Source of the DNA: an uncultured Erysipelotrichaceae bacterium
Lineage (GTDB): Bacteria; Bacillota_I; Bacilli_A; RFN20; CAG-826
Reading direction: 5' to 3'
Assembly (NCBI GenBank): GCA_900316365.1
Contig: ONCO01000005.1
Coordinates: forward strand, 95,621 to 159,620
Length of the DNA: 64,000 nt
Shown: one piece after another, positions 12,703-23,399 of the stretch
Layout of the letters: each line of letters opens with the position of its first letter
Numbering within the stretch: the stretch's first letter is position 1
Position numbers and translations under genes: made by a program
Notes under the pieces: generated by a model
Seen by the model: only the letters and a program-made list of their open reading frames with translations
The model's database searches: none
What the model was told of the DNA's origin: nothing

Positions 12703-14172
12703 ATGAGTTACTTAGATTTAACGATTCGCGAGATGCACGAGGCCTTAGTCGCGAAGAAGGTCACCCCGCTTGAACTCGCCAAAGAAGCCATCGAAAGAGC
12801 CAAGGCCGATAAGAATAACGCTTTCGAACTTATCACCGAAAAAGAGGCGTTAGAATTCGCCGCCACTTTAGTGGAACCAGAAAAGGACAACCTCCTCTGG
12901 GGCATTCCATATATCGCCAAAGATAACTTCTCGACCAAAGGCATCGAGACTACCGCCTCCAGCAATATCCTTAATGGATATGTTCCTCTTTATGACGCGA
13001 CCGTCATCGCCAAGCTCAAAGAGAAGAAGGCCGTCATGATTGCCAAGTCCACCCTAGACGAATTAGCCATGGGCGGTACCGGCACCACCGGCCATAAGGG
13101 CGTCACCTATAATCCATGGGATGAAACCCATACCCATTTGATTGGCGGTTCCAGCTGTGGCAGTGCCGCGAGCGTTGCTGCTTCCATCGTTCCGTTCGCT
13201 CTCGGTAGCGATACAGGCGACTCTGTACGTAAACCTGCTGCTTTCGCCGGCCTTGTTGGTATGAAACCAACCTGGGGCAGAATCAGCCGTTATGGTCTTT
13301 TCCCATTCGCTCCATCCCTTGACCACGTCGCCTACTTCACCAGAAGCGTTGAAGACGGCGCGATCGTCTTAGACGCCCTCGCAGGACGCGATATCCATGA
13401 CTCCACCTCCAGCAGCAAGCCTGTTGAGGTTTACGAAGAAGGCATTGCCTCTGGCGTTAAGGGCAAGAAGATTGCCATTATCCGCGAGATCGTTGATTCC
13501 ATCACTGACCACGTCATCATGGGCGCCTTCGACAAGACTCTTGAGGCCCTTAAAAAAGAAGGCGCGGAAATCGTTTATGTCGATTTCGGCCACGACCTCT
13601 TATCCTCGCTTTATGCGACCTACATCGTCATCTCTTCCGCCGAAGCGACTTCTAACGACGCCAACCTCGACGGCATCAAGTTCGGTCCATATTTCTCTGG
13701 CAAAACCTATCAGGACGTCATGATCCAGGCCAGAACCAAAGGCTTCTCCGAACTCATCAAGAGACGTTTCGTCATCGGTTCCTTCTCCCTTATGAGAGAG
13801 AACCAGGACGTCTTGTTCCGTCGCGCCCAGAAGAACCGCGCGAAGATCGTCATGAAGACCAACGAAATCCTTAAGGATTGCGATTATATCTACGTCCCAG
13901 CTGCTCCAACCGTTGCTCCGCTTGCGAGCGCGAGCACCGATAAGCTCAGCGACGAATACTTAATCGCCGATAACCACCTCTCCCTCGGCAACTTCGCCGG
14001 TCTCCCATCCATCACCATCCCTCTTGGCTTAGAGAATGGTCTCCCATTCGGCGCCAACCTCATGGGCCGCGCCTTTGAAGAGAAGGCTCTCTTCCAGGCC
14101 GCTGAAGCGGTGGAACAAATCACCGGACTTAACAACCTAAGCGTCTTAAACAAGAAGGAGGGAAACTTATGA
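12703..14172 (+). CDS. gatA: Glutamyl-tRNA(Gln)/Aspartyl-tRNA(Asn) amidotransferase subunit A
   Basis: Amidase signature GGSSCGSAASVAA...GSDTGDSVRKPAA. 489 aa. Confidence 0.92.
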   Translation: MSYLDLTIREMHEALVAKKVTPLELAKEAIERAKADKNNAFELITEKEALEFAATLVEPEKDNLLWGIPYIAKDNFSTKGIETTASSNILNGYVPLYDATVIAKLKEKKAVMIAKSTLDELAMGGTGTTGHKGVTYNPWDETHTHLIGGSSCGSAASVAASIVPFALGSDTGDSVRKPAAFAGLVGMKPTWGRISRYGLFPFAPSLDHVAYFTRSVEDGAIVLDALAGRDIHDSTSSSKPVEVYEEGIASGVKGKKIAIIREIVDSITDHVIMGAFDKTLEALKKEGAEIVYVDFGHDLLSSLYATYIVISSAEATSNDANLDGIKFGPYFSGKTYQDVMIQARTKGFSELIKRRFVIGSFSLMRENQDVLFRRAQKNRAKIVMKTNEILKDCDYIYVPAAPTVAPLASASTDKLSDEYLIADNHLSLGNFAGLPSITIPLGLENGLPFGANLMGRAFEEKALFQAAEAVEQITGLNNLSVLNKKEGNL

Positions 14173-15596
14173 ACTTTGAACCAGTCATCGGTCTCGAGAT
14201 CCACGTCGAGATGAGAACCAAGTCGAAAATGTTTTCGGCTGCCCCTAACTCCTTTGCCCGCGAACCAAACACCAACGTCGCCTTATTAGATATGGCCTAT
14301 CCTGGCACCATGCCAGTGGTCAATAAGCAGGCCGTCATCAACGCCATCCGCGTTGCTAACGCTCTCCATATGACCATCGACCATACCCTTTATTTCGACC
14401 GCAAGAATTACTTCTATAGCGACCTTCCAAAAGGCTTCCAGATCACCCAGCAGTTCCGTCCAATCGGCAAAGATGGCTATTTGGAAGTCATCGGCAAAGA
14501 CGGCGCGAAGAAGAAAATCGAGATTGAGCGTATTCACATGGAAGAGGATACCTGCAAGCAGCTCCACTTAATGGATTGCTCCCTCCTCGACTATAACCGC
14601 GCTGGCGTCCCGCTCGTTGAGATCGTCTCCCGTCCGGATATCCGCAACGGTACCGAGGCGATGCATTACGTCGAACAGATCCGCAACATCGTCGTCTATA
14701 GCGGCACCAGCGACGGCAAGATGGAAGAAGGCTCCCTCCGTTGCGACGTCAACGTCTCCCTAAGGCCATATGGCTCTAAGGAATTCGGCACCAAAGTTGA
14801 GATCAAGAACATCAACTCCCTTAAGAACATCGAAATGGCTCTCGACTACGAAATCGAGAGACAAAGTGCCCTCCTTTTGTCTGGAACCCCGGTTCGCCAG
14901 GAGACCAGACGCTTCGACGAAGCCAGCGGCCGCACCGTCCTTATGCGTGTTAAGACCGACGCCGTCGACTACAAATATTTCCCAGAACCAAACATCACCC
15001 CAATCGCGTTGAGCGATGAGTTCGTTAACGACGCCATCGCCACCTGCCCAGAGCTTTATGACGCCAAGGAAGCGCGTTACATCAAGGCTGGCTTAACCGC
15101 CACCGATGCCGACATCATCCTTGCCGACAAAGGCATGTCCGCTTATTTCGAAGAAGGCATGGGCAAAGCAAAGAACGCGAAAGGTCTTGCTAACTTTGTT
15201 ATCGTTGAGGTCAATGGCTACCTCAATAAGAAAGGCATCTCCATCGAGGAGTTCCCGCTTAAAGCGGAGAAACTCGCCGAAGTTGCCAATATGCAGGAAG
15301 ATGGCTTCACCCACAAGCAGTGCGCCGACATCTTCAACTACTTGTTGGAGAATGACGTCAGCGTTGAGGAAGCCGCGAAAGCCCTCCACATCGAGAAGCA
15401 GGTCGTCGATACCGGCGCGGTCCTTGAGGCCGTCACCGCGGTTCTCGACGCCAACCCGCAATCCATTGCCGACTTCAAGGCCGGCAAAGACAGAGCCAAA
15501 GGCTTCTTAGTAGGCCAGGTCATGAAAGCCAGCCGTGGCAAACTCAATCCAGCCGCGGTCGCGAAGGTCCTCGACGAGGAATTGGCTAAGAGGTAA
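14169..15596 (+). CDS. gatB: Asp/Glu-tRNA amidotransferase subunit B
   Basis: MNFEPVIGLEIHVE...MEEGSLRCDVNVS, the GatB signature. 475 aa. Confidence 0.92.
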   Translation: MNFEPVIGLEIHVEMRTKSKMFSAAPNSFAREPNTNVALLDMAYPGTMPVVNKQAVINAIRVANALHMTIDHTLYFDRKNYFYSDLPKGFQITQQFRPIGKDGYLEVIGKDGAKKKIEIERIHMEEDTCKQLHLMDCSLLDYNRAGVPLVEIVSRPDIRNGTEAMHYVEQIRNIVVYSGTSDGKMEEGSLRCDVNVSLRPYGSKEFGTKVEIKNINSLKNIEMALDYEIERQSALLLSGTPVRQETRRFDEASGRTVLMRVKTDAVDYKYFPEPNITPIALSDEFVNDAIATCPELYDAKEARYIKAGLTATDADIILADKGMSAYFEEGMGKAKNAKGLANFVIVEVNGYLNKKGISIEEFPLKAEKLAEVANMQEDGFTHKQCADIFNYLLENDVSVEEAAKALHIEKQVVDTGAVLEAVTAVLDANPQSIADFKAGKDRAKGFLVGQVMKASRGKLNPAAVAKVLDEELAKR

Positions 15597-15602
15597 ATCA
15601 AT

Positions 15603-16349
15603 ATGGCAAAAGACACCGCTGAATTAGAAAAGTGGATAAAAGAGGTCGGCTCTTTTTCCCTGCCGCAGTTTAAGGAACTCCCGAATGTTGAGCTCTACAT
15701 GGAGCAGGTTCTTTCCTATATCAACAGTTCTCTTGCTATCTTCTCTGATGACCCAAGGAAGGTTTTAACCTCCTTCATGGTCAATAACTACGTTAAGGCT
15801 GGGATGATCCCTGAGCCGAAGAAAAAGAAATACGACCGCGAGCAGATCGGTTACTTAATGGCTATCACCCTTATGAAGCAGACGCTTTCGATGAGTGATA
15901 TGGCCCTTTTGCTTGCCCTAGATCAATACGCCACCCCAGATAAGGGCAGGCTATATGCCTTCTATCGTTCCCTTGAGATGTCGACCATCAAATCTCAGGC
16001 TTCCTTATTGGAACGCCACATCGAAGATGCGATCAGGAGATACGAGAAGGACAAACAAGAAGGCAAAATGTCTCGCACCGAGATGGAGAATAACCTCAAT
16101 GGCGCGTTAGGTCTCCTCGCCCTCCGCTTGGCTACCCAAGCCCAGGTCGATAAGATCTTGGCCGACCATTTGATCGACTTCATCCGCAAACGCTTATTCG
16201 ATGAGCAGGAACTCGCCCGCCAAGACAAGCCGCTTTCCCAGGAAGCGGAACGCGAAGCGAAGAACCAATTCGTCGAAGCTAAGGAAATCAAACGCGCGAG
16301 AGATGCGAGAATTCGCAGGAAAACCACCAAAAATTACATGGAAGATTAA
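15603..16349 (+). CDS. Hypothetical protein with a charged coiled-coil C-terminus (possibly DUF1836-like)
   Basis: No catalytic motif. Conserved-looking N-terminal LPQFKELPNVELYMEQVLSYI. Family assignment is from memory only. Confidence 0.4.
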   Translation: MAKDTAELEKWIKEVGSFSLPQFKELPNVELYMEQVLSYINSSLAIFSDDPRKVLTSFMVNNYVKAGMIPEPKKKKYDREQIGYLMAITLMKQTLSMSDMALLLALDQYATPDKGRLYAFYRSLEMSTIKSQASLLERHIEDAIRRYEKDKQEGKMSRTEMENNLNGALGLLALRLATQAQVDKILADHLIDFIRKRLFDEQELARQDKPLSQEAEREAKNQFVEAKEIKRARDARIRRKTTKNYMED

Positions 16350-16361
16350 GGAGGAATACCA

Positions 16362-17372
16362 ATGAAAGTATTAGTTACTGGAGGCTTAGGCTTCATCGGT
16401 TCGGAGACCGTCATCGCCCTTTATAAGAACGGCCACGAGCCAGTCATCGTTGACAACTTATCCAATTCCAAAATCGAGGTTCTCGACAATATCGAGAAGG
16501 TCAGCGGCAAACGCCCAACCTTCTACAAAGTCGACTGCTGCGACTATGAAGGCTTCAAGAAAGTCTTCGAGAAGGAGGGCAAGATGGATGCCGTCATCCA
16601 CTTCGCCGGTCTTAAGGCCGTTGGCGAATCCACCAAGAAACCGGTTGAGTATTACACCAACAACCTTCTCTCCTCGCTCGTCTTAGTCCGCCTCATGAAA
16701 GAGTTCGGCATGAAGAACATCATCTTCTCCTCCAGCGCGACCGTTTATGGCGTGCCAGAGAGAGTCCCACTCGTTGAGACTGACCCAGTCGGCCATGCCA
16801 CCAACCCATATGGCGAGACCAAGATCATGATCGAACGCATCCTTCAGGACGCCGCGAAAGCCGATTCGAGCCTGAATGTATGCCTTCTCCGTTATTTCAA
16901 CCCAATCGGCGCCGATCCATCCGGCTTGCTTGGCGAAGATCCAAACGGCATCCCAAATAACATCATGCCTTATATCTCCCAGGTTGCCGCTGGCAAGCTT
17001 AAGACCTTACATGTCTTCGGCAATGACTACCCAACTCCAGATGGCACTGGCGTACGTGACTACATCCACGTCGTTGACCTCGCTGAAGGCCATGTCGCCG
17101 CGCTTAAGAAGCTCGCCACCAACCCAGGTGTCGTCATCTATAACCTCGGTACCGGCAAAGGCACCTCGGTCTTCGAACTCATCGCCGCTTTCGAGAAGGC
17201 GACCGGAATCAAGATTCCATACGTCATCGACCCAAGAAGACCTGGCGACGTTGCAGAAAATTACGCAAATGCTGATAAAGCCTTTGAGGAACTCGGCTGG
17301 AAGGCTAAACTAAACGTAGAAGATGCCTGCCGCGATTCCTATCGCTTCCAAACAACTACCGCTTCCAAATAA
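16362..17372 (+). CDS. galE: UDP-glucose 4-epimerase
   Basis: TGGLGFIGS Rossmann motif, catalytic Y in NPYGETK. 336 aa. Confidence 0.9.
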   Translation: MKVLVTGGLGFIGSETVIALYKNGHEPVIVDNLSNSKIEVLDNIEKVSGKRPTFYKVDCCDYEGFKKVFEKEGKMDAVIHFAGLKAVGESTKKPVEYYTNNLLSSLVLVRLMKEFGMKNIIFSSSATVYGVPERVPLVETDPVGHATNPYGETKIMIERILQDAAKADSSLNVCLLRYFNPIGADPSGLLGEDPNGIPNNIMPYISQVAAGKLKTLHVFGNDYPTPDGTGVRDYIHVVDLAEGHVAALKKLATNPGVVIYNLGTGKGTSVFELIAAFEKATGIKIPYVIDPRRPGDVAENYANADKAFEELGWKAKLNVEDACRDSYRFQTTTASK

Positions 17373-17397
17373 TTTTTTATAAAAACAGGAGGACCGT

Positions 17398-18297
17398 ATG
17401 TTCGAAATCTTTGAAGTCGTACTACCCGAAGGCGAAAAGTTAAAGGGTTGCTTTTGGCCTGCCAAAAACCCTACCCACAACCTGGTCATGCAGACCGGCA
17501 TGAATGAGCATGCCTCGCGTTATGAGGCCATGGCCCTATATCTCAACGAAGCGGGAATCAACGTTTCGATCCTCGATGCCTTTGGACAAGGCTTAAATGC
17601 CGAATCCATTGAAAACCAGGAAAGATGGCCAGAAGGCGCTTTCGCTAAGAACGTCGATGCGATGCATCTTCGCCTTGAAGAAGTTAAGAAGAATGGCCTC
17701 CCGACCATCATCATGGGACACTCCATGGGTTCCTTCATGACCCAGAGTTACGCCGAAAGGTATCCAAATACCGCTGACAAGATTGTCTTATTCGGCACCA
17801 ATGGCCCGACTGGCATTTATGGCTTAGCCAAACTCCTTGGCAAGCTCTTAGTCCATAAAGGCAATTGGGATAAACCAAACAAATTCTTATCTAACCTCGC
17901 CTTAGGCGGATATGCCAAAGCAATCAAGAACCGTAGAACTGACTTAGATTGGCTCTCCTATGACGAGAAGAACGTCGACGATTATATCGCCGACCCATAT
18001 TGCGGCCATGAGAACACCGGCGGCTTCCTCCGTGAGTTCTTTATTGGCCTTGCGACTCTTTACAAGAAAAAGAACCTCGCTAATATTTCGAAAGAAACAC
18101 CGATCGCCATCATGGCGGGCGAAGAGGACCCTGTCGGCGTTAACGGCAAAGGTCCTCGCAATTTAGCCAAGCTTTACACGAAGCTTGGTGTTAAGGACGT
18201 CACTTTGAAGCTTTACCCGAAGATGCGTCATGAAATCCATAACGAAATCGGGAAAGAGCAAGTGTGGTCCGACCTTAAGGACTTCTTACTGGCCTAA
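17398..18297 (+). CDS. Alpha/beta hydrolase (lysophospholipase / monoacylglycerol lipase-like)
   Basis: Nucleophile elbow GHSMGS. ~300 aa. Confidence 0.7.
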   Translation: MFEIFEVVLPEGEKLKGCFWPAKNPTHNLVMQTGMNEHASRYEAMALYLNEAGINVSILDAFGQGLNAESIENQERWPEGAFAKNVDAMHLRLEEVKKNGLPTIIMGHSMGSFMTQSYAERYPNTADKIVLFGTNGPTGIYGLAKLLGKLLVHKGNWDKPNKFLSNLALGGYAKAIKNRRTDLDWLSYDEKNVDDYIADPYCGHENTGGFLREFFIGLATLYKKKNLANISKETPIAIMAGEEDPVGVNGKGPRNLAKLYTKLGVKDVTLKLYPKMRHEIHNEIGKEQVWSDLKDFLLA

Positions 18298-19454
18298 TGA
18301 TCAAAGCAGCATACCATTACAAATCTTCGCCTCTTAAAGGCGCCGAATTCGAAACGTCGAAGAACGGCTTACTCCTCTTCGACGGCGTGGGCGCCCAAGC
18401 GCTTTTCGACTTGCTTGCCCTTAAAGGCGAGGACATTTTGGATGGTTTCTGCAGCGTCGATGATGAAGACCTCCTCGATTTAAACAACGCGAATAGGGAT
18501 AGGCTTCCTGTCTCGGTCATTTCCTCGTCCAATTATTCCTTCTCGGTCCTTCGTTCCCAGATTCCTTTTGGGGCGAGCGCCGATACGTCTGAAGTAGATG
18601 CGGTTTGTAAGAAATTCATGGAGAAGGAACATATTCCTTCCGCGTGGTCTATTAACTTCTTGCACCTCTTCGACGCCATATTTAACGAACTTTGTGCTCG
18701 TCCTAAGTATGTTTTGCTCCATTTAGGCGGCGCGGATAAGGACTTCGCGAATGCCGTAGTGGCCTTCCTTTATAAAGCCTTCAGGAACTTCCCGATTTTT
18801 GTCTATGCCCATGGCTTAACCATGGAAATGCATGAAGAGATTAAGCTCTACGAAGATATCGATGCCCTTCTTCACCCAGAGACCATGACCACCTACTTCG
18901 ATGAGGAGAAGGCTGAGAAAGATTTAACTCAGACCGCTTTCCTTAACGATTTACTTGGCACAGGCAAGATTGATTTCGATCCTGATGGCGATGATTGGGA
19001 TGAATCCTTCTTTGAAGGAGGAAGAAATAGCGCGAAAGAGAAGTGGATGATGGTTGCCGGCGTGGCCCTTGAGGCTCTTGCCTATATTCCGATGCTCTTC
19101 TTCTTCGTCTACTACAAGACTGACTTCATCCTCTTCTTCGGGTCGATGTTGATTTATATCGTCCTTACTACTGCCTCTGGCTTCTTCGGAACTCGTCTAT
19201 ACAAAGAGAAGAAAAGAGGTAAGTTCTGGAAGAATAAAGGATTAGCAGGATATTGTTTCTCCGTCATGTCCCTCTTCGTCATCGCCGCGATGGCGATGAT
19301 CTACGCGGGCATCGATTGGGGCTTCGGGCACCTGCTTTACGCATACATAGTCGCCTATTCTTTGATGACTCTGCATGGATTCGTCCTCTTCTTCTATTAC
19401 CTTTTCGAGTATCGAATCTTCTTTAAAGGCGAAAGAAAAAATCCTGGTCAATAA
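18297..19454 (+). CDS. Hypothetical protein: ~240-aa cytoplasmic domain plus a C-terminal 4-TM domain
   Basis: Start overlaps the previous stop (taATGa). The C-terminal third is strongly hydrophobic. Confidence 0.5.
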   Translation: MIKAAYHYKSSPLKGAEFETSKNGLLLFDGVGAQALFDLLALKGEDILDGFCSVDDEDLLDLNNANRDRLPVSVISSSNYSFSVLRSQIPFGASADTSEVDAVCKKFMEKEHIPSAWSINFLHLFDAIFNELCARPKYVLLHLGGADKDFANAVVAFLYKAFRNFPIFVYAHGLTMEMHEEIKLYEDIDALLHPETMTTYFDEEKAEKDLTQTAFLNDLLGTGKIDFDPDGDDWDESFFEGGRNSAKEKWMMVAGVALEALAYIPMLFFFVYYKTDFILFFGSMLIYIVLTTASGFFGTRLYKEKKRGKFWKNKGLAGYCFSVMSLFVIAAMAMIYAGIDWGFGHLLYAYIVAYSLMTLHGFVLFFYYLFEYRIFFKGERKNPGQ

Positions 19455-19502
19455 TTTGCCAAGACTCCCGAAAAAGAAGAAAATAGATGTAACATCACAA
19501 GT

Positions 19503-19533
19503 AGCGAGCCGAAAAAGCGCTCGCTTTTGTTTT
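19503..19533 (+). terminator. Rho-independent terminator (agcgagc...gctcgct + T-tract)
   Basis: 7-bp perfect stem followed by ttttgtttt, located after the 19454 stop. Confidence 0.6.
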
Positions 19534-19564
19534 AAAGAAAACCGCCCCTTTGGAACGGTGCGAC

Positions 19565-20251
19565 TTATAAGAGTTCGATGAGTTTATCGAGGATGGCTTT
19601 TAAGCGTTTTGCAGCTTCCCCGCAGTTTTCGGCGTATTCGTTTGGGTCTTTGCCAGTATCGGAGACAACTCTCGCGGCGCAGAATGGGAGCTGATAGACA
19701 TAAGCGATCTGGGCCATCGCGGAGGATTCCATATCGCAGGAGATTGCCTTGAATTGTTTCTTGATGGCTCCCCTATCTTCTTTGGAAGCGATGAAGCGGT
19801 CGCCAGAAGCGATGGTGCCGACACACGGTTTGACCTTCGCGGCTTTGCTGGCCTTCTTAACAAGGGCAACAAGGTCCTTATCGGCCTCGAAATAAACCTT
19901 ATTAATACCAGAGACCATGCCGACTGGATCACCAATCGCGCTGGTGTCGAGGTCATGCTGGACGTATTTATCGCCAACGATGAGCTGAAGGAGCGGGGCC
20001 GCCTCGGCATCGAGGGAACCGCCTACGCCGATATTGAGCAAACCATCAACGGTTGGATACTTTAAGCGGAGCGCGCTGACGGCGCTGGAAGCGAAGACCT
20101 TTCCAATGCCCGTAATGCCGACTAAGAACTTCTTCTCGTCCTTCTCGCAGGCGTAGAACTTGGCAAAGCCGATTTTGGTGGCTTCAGAGATTTGGCAGTC
20201 CTCTAAAAGCGGGGCTGCCTCTTTTTCCATGGCGAATAAAAAGCAAATCAT
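19565..20251 (-). CDS. mtnN: 5'-methylthioadenosine/S-adenosylhomocysteine nucleosidase
   Basis: ICFLFAMEKEAAPL matches the IGIIGAMEEE start. SCDMESSAMAQ is the active-site region. The start was placed at the second Met. Confidence 0.8.
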   Translation of the reverse strand: MICFLFAMEKEAAPLLEDCQISEATKIGFAKFYACEKDEKKFLVGITGIGKVFASSAVSALRLKYPTVDGLLNIGVGGSLDAEAAPLLQLIVGDKYVQHDLDTSAIGDPVGMVSGINKVYFEADKDLVALVKKASKAAKVKPCVGTIASGDRFIASKEDRGAIKKQFKAISCDMESSAMAQIAYVYQLPFCAARVVSDTGKDPNEYAENCGEAAKRLKAILDKLIELL

Positions 20252-20353
20252 AGCCTGCAAATTATAACGAATTCCCTAAAGAGGTCTATATCTTCTTATA
20301 GATAAAGGTTAAAATTAACAAAAGAAAAAGAGACATATTTCAGGGGAATATCT

Positions 20354-20956
20354 ATGGGAAGGATTATTACCATCGGCCGCGAATTTGGTTCCGGCGGCCG
20401 CGAGCTCGGCCGTCGTTTGGCCGATGAACTTGGCTATGCTTATTACGACAGCGAAATCTTAAATGAAATCGCAAAAGAAACGGAATATAGCAAAGCCTAT
20501 ATCGAAGAACTCTCGCAGGGACGTCCTGTTCCGCTTTTCCCAATCCATTATGGCAGCACCTGGTCGCCATCCAATGACCCACACTTCCAGAACGCTTTGG
20601 ACATCTTCTCCAGCCAGAAGAAGATCCTTTTAGAATTAGCCGGCAAGAGCGATTGCATCATCATCGGTCGCTGCGCAGATTACATCCTCGAGGAATTCAA
20701 ACCATTCCGCATCTTCGTCTATGCTTCGATCGACTCCAAGCTCGCCAGATGCAAAGAAAGAAGCAAACAGGGCGAAGCCTTTAATGATCGGGAGATGGTC
20801 AGACGCATCCAGAGGATCGATAAAAAACGTCGTCAACATTACGAGTTCTACACCGGCAGAAAATGGGGCGCGAAAGAGAACTACGACCTCATGATTAACA
20901 CGACTGACCGCGATATTAAGACCTTAGTTAAAGGCATTTTGGCCATTTTTAGGTAA
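20354..20956 (+). CDS. Cytidylate kinase-like family protein (Cytidylate_kin2 type P-loop NTPase)
   Basis: MGRIITIGREFGSGGRELGRRLADELGYAYYD, the classic N-terminus of this family. Confidence 0.7.
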   Translation: MGRIITIGREFGSGGRELGRRLADELGYAYYDSEILNEIAKETEYSKAYIEELSQGRPVPLFPIHYGSTWSPSNDPHFQNALDIFSSQKKILLELAGKSDCIIIGRCADYILEEFKPFRIFVYASIDSKLARCKERSKQGEAFNDREMVRRIQRIDKKRRQHYEFYTGRKWGAKENYDLMINTTDRDIKTLVKGILAIFR

Positions 20957-21094
20957 AAAAATACTTATAATCCACATTTTCTCGATGCCTTCGTAAGTTT
21001 TCGTTATATTTCGGTAAGTAGTTTTAAAAAAACTTAAAAAATTGTTTCTTTTTACTGAATCGATTGTATTATGTAGGACATTGAGAAGCAAAAA

Positions 21095-22090
21095 ATGAAG
21101 TTGAACGAAACCCAAAAAACAATTGTCAGGCAGCTCTTCCTAAACCCGGTCGTCTGCCGCAAAAAGCTGGCCCACACTCTGGGCCTCTCCAACCCAGGCT
21201 TAACCTTAGCCGTTAGACCGTTAGTCGATGAAGGCATCATCGCCTTTGCTCCGAAAATCGTAACTGGCAGAGCTGGCCGTAACGAGGAACCTCTTTGCCT
21301 CAATCCAAACTTTGGATATTTCGCAGGCATTGATGTCACCGTTAGCTCCTATCATCTCGTCCTTATCTCTTTGGCGGGCTTCACCGTCTTTGAAGAGGAT
21401 TACTCCGAAGTCGGACCTGTCCTTGAGAAACTCAAATACTTTGTCGGCAATTCCAAGGTCCTTAATGTCTGCGTGACCTTCCGTCATTACGGATGCCATA
21501 AACCATTCACCGAACACGAAAGCAAGATCTACGAGGCTTTGAAGGATTATAAAGACGTGCCTCTCTTCTTTGAGAATACCGTCGCCGCTTTAGCGGATAT
21601 CCATCGCCTTTACCATTATGGCGAGGGCATCAGCCTCCTTGTTAAATATGGTCCAGAGCTTGTTGCCGCTGTCCTTGAAGGTGATTCCATCCTCAGGAAC
21701 GCCAAGAGCGAATGCAGCCAGATCGGCTTGACCCTTCTCCCGAACGGTCGCCCAATTGGTGAATTCGTAGAATATAAGGCCCTCTTTGGAAAAGAGCTCG
21801 AAGAAGAGGAAGGTGCCGAAAAGCTCCTTGCCGATAAGTCTCGGCTTGACCCAATCATCGATGCGATTGCCTTCGCGGCCTATAACGCCGATCGCTTATT
21901 CGTCTTCGACCATATCATCTTCGCCGGCGCGATCCTTTCCGATGAGGAAGTTCGTGGAAAGCTCCTCGAGAAGATGTCCTCTATGGGCGATAGGTTCGAT
22001 GCCTCCAAAGTCACGATCTTCGAGAACTACAACGAAATCATCTCGCAGAAGCCAGCGCTTGAAGCTCTCATTACTTATCTCTTGAAATAA
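21095..22090 (+). CDS. ROK-family-like transcriptional regulator (N-terminal wHTH plus a sugar-kinase-like domain with a degenerate ATP motif)
   Basis: N-terminal QKTIVRQLFLNPVVCRKKLAHTLGLSNPGLTLAVRPLVDEGII is HTH-like. FGYFAGIDVTVSSYHLVLI is in the place of the ROK IGIDIGGT motif. Confidence 0.5.
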   Translation: MKLNETQKTIVRQLFLNPVVCRKKLAHTLGLSNPGLTLAVRPLVDEGIIAFAPKIVTGRAGRNEEPLCLNPNFGYFAGIDVTVSSYHLVLISLAGFTVFEEDYSEVGPVLEKLKYFVGNSKVLNVCVTFRHYGCHKPFTEHESKIYEALKDYKDVPLFFENTVAALADIHRLYHYGEGISLLVKYGPELVAAVLEGDSILRNAKSECSQIGLTLLPNGRPIGEFVEYKALFGKELEEEEGAEKLLADKSRLDPIIDAIAFAAYNADRLFVFDHIIFAGAILSDEEVRGKLLEKMSSMGDRFDASKVTIFENYNEIISQKPALEALITYLLK

Positions 22091-22091
22091 C

Positions 22092-23279
22092 TCAATCACC
22101 CATCGGGTGGTCGATGTGAAAACTAAACTCGAAAGCGGCTATGTTCTCTAACAGCCGCTTTTTTAATACTTCCTCGGTCAACTTGGAATCAAATGGCGCA
22201 AGGACATCGAAGTCGATGCGTTTATTTTCCTTATCCATCTGGAAGTCATGGATCTTGGCTCTAGGGTCAATCATGGTGACCTCATGGAGGACGAGGAGTT
22301 CCATCCTTGCGACTTCATGATCTCCGATTGCGGTCGGGTCGATGTGGATCGTTACATCAGCTTTATATTCGGCCTTGAGTTGGTCTTCAATTTCATCGAC
22401 GATGCGGTGGGCTTCGATGAGGGTAGTGTTCTGGTCAATCTCCGCGTGGAGGGTGATGAATTTCTTATCAACGCCGTAGTAGTGGCAGATAAAATCGTGG
22501 ACCCCGTGTATCTCTTTATGGGCCAAAACCTCTCCACGTATGGTCTCTTCAAGTTCTTTGTTAACCCCTTCTCCAATAAGCGGGCTCGCGGTCTCTTTGA
22601 CGGCTTTGATGCCCGAGATGATAAGGAGGAAGGAGACCAGGATGCCTATATAGCCATCCATGAAGTTCCAACCAAGGGTGAGCATCAAGATCGCGCTTAA
22701 TAAGACAGAGGAAGTGGTGAGGCAGTCCATAAGGGAGTCGAGGGAGACGGCGAGAAGGGTTGGGCTATTGATGGCCTTGCCTAAACCTCTATTGACCATG
22801 GACTGGAAGAATTTAAGGAGAATGGAAACGCCTAAGATGATGCAGGCGAGCAAGTCATAGGAGGAATGGGTTCCGCTGGAATGGAAGGCGATGACGCTTT
22901 CGATGGATTCCTTAAGGAGCTCATAGCCCGCGACAAGGATAAGGATCGCGACAAATAAGCCCGCAATGTATTCGATTCTCTGATGTCCGAACGGATGTTC
23001 TTTATCCGCTGGCTTATCCGCTAACTTGAAACCGATGAGGGTAACGATAGAGGAGGCGATATCGGAGATGTTGTTGACTGCATCGGCGATAAGGGCGACC
23101 GGAAAGACCCAACTGGCCTTAGAGGCCAAGAAGATCGCGGCCCCAACTTTTAGCCCAGCGATAAGGATATTGGTGACGATGCCAAAGATTGCCCCGAATA
23201 CCCCATGGGCCCTGCGGACGTTCTCATCGTTAACATTCTGATAGTCCTTGATAAACAAGCGACGTAAAAAGGTAATCAT
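22092..23279 (-). CDS. Cation diffusion facilitator family transporter (CzcD/FieF-like)
   Basis: 6 TM region with HGHQRIEY-type motif and a C-terminal cytoplasmic domain. ~395 aa. Confidence 0.85.
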   Translation of the reverse strand: MITFLRRLFIKDYQNVNDENVRRAHGVFGAIFGIVTNILIAGLKVGAAIFLASKASWVFPVALIADAVNNISDIASSIVTLIGFKLADKPADKEHPFGHQRIEYIAGLFVAILILVAGYELLKESIESVIAFHSSGTHSSYDLLACIILGVSILLKFFQSMVNRGLGKAINSPTLLAVSLDSLMDCLTTSSVLLSAILMLTLGWNFMDGYIGILVSFLLIISGIKAVKETASPLIGEGVNKELEETIRGEVLAHKEIHGVHDFICHYYGVDKKFITLHAEIDQNTTLIEAHRIVDEIEDQLKAEYKADVTIHIDPTAIGDHEVARMELLVLHEVTMIDPRAKIHDFQMDKENKRIDFDVLAPFDSKLTEEVLKKRLLENIAAFEFSFHIDHPMGD

Positions 23280-23399
23280 GAGACTAGTATAGTCACCTCT
23301 TTTGTTAGTGGTTAATTACATAGACAAATTCCCTCATCTGCCACCATTTCAACCCGCCTTTGCTACGCAATTTAGTAAGCCTGTGTTATAGTTGCTCAT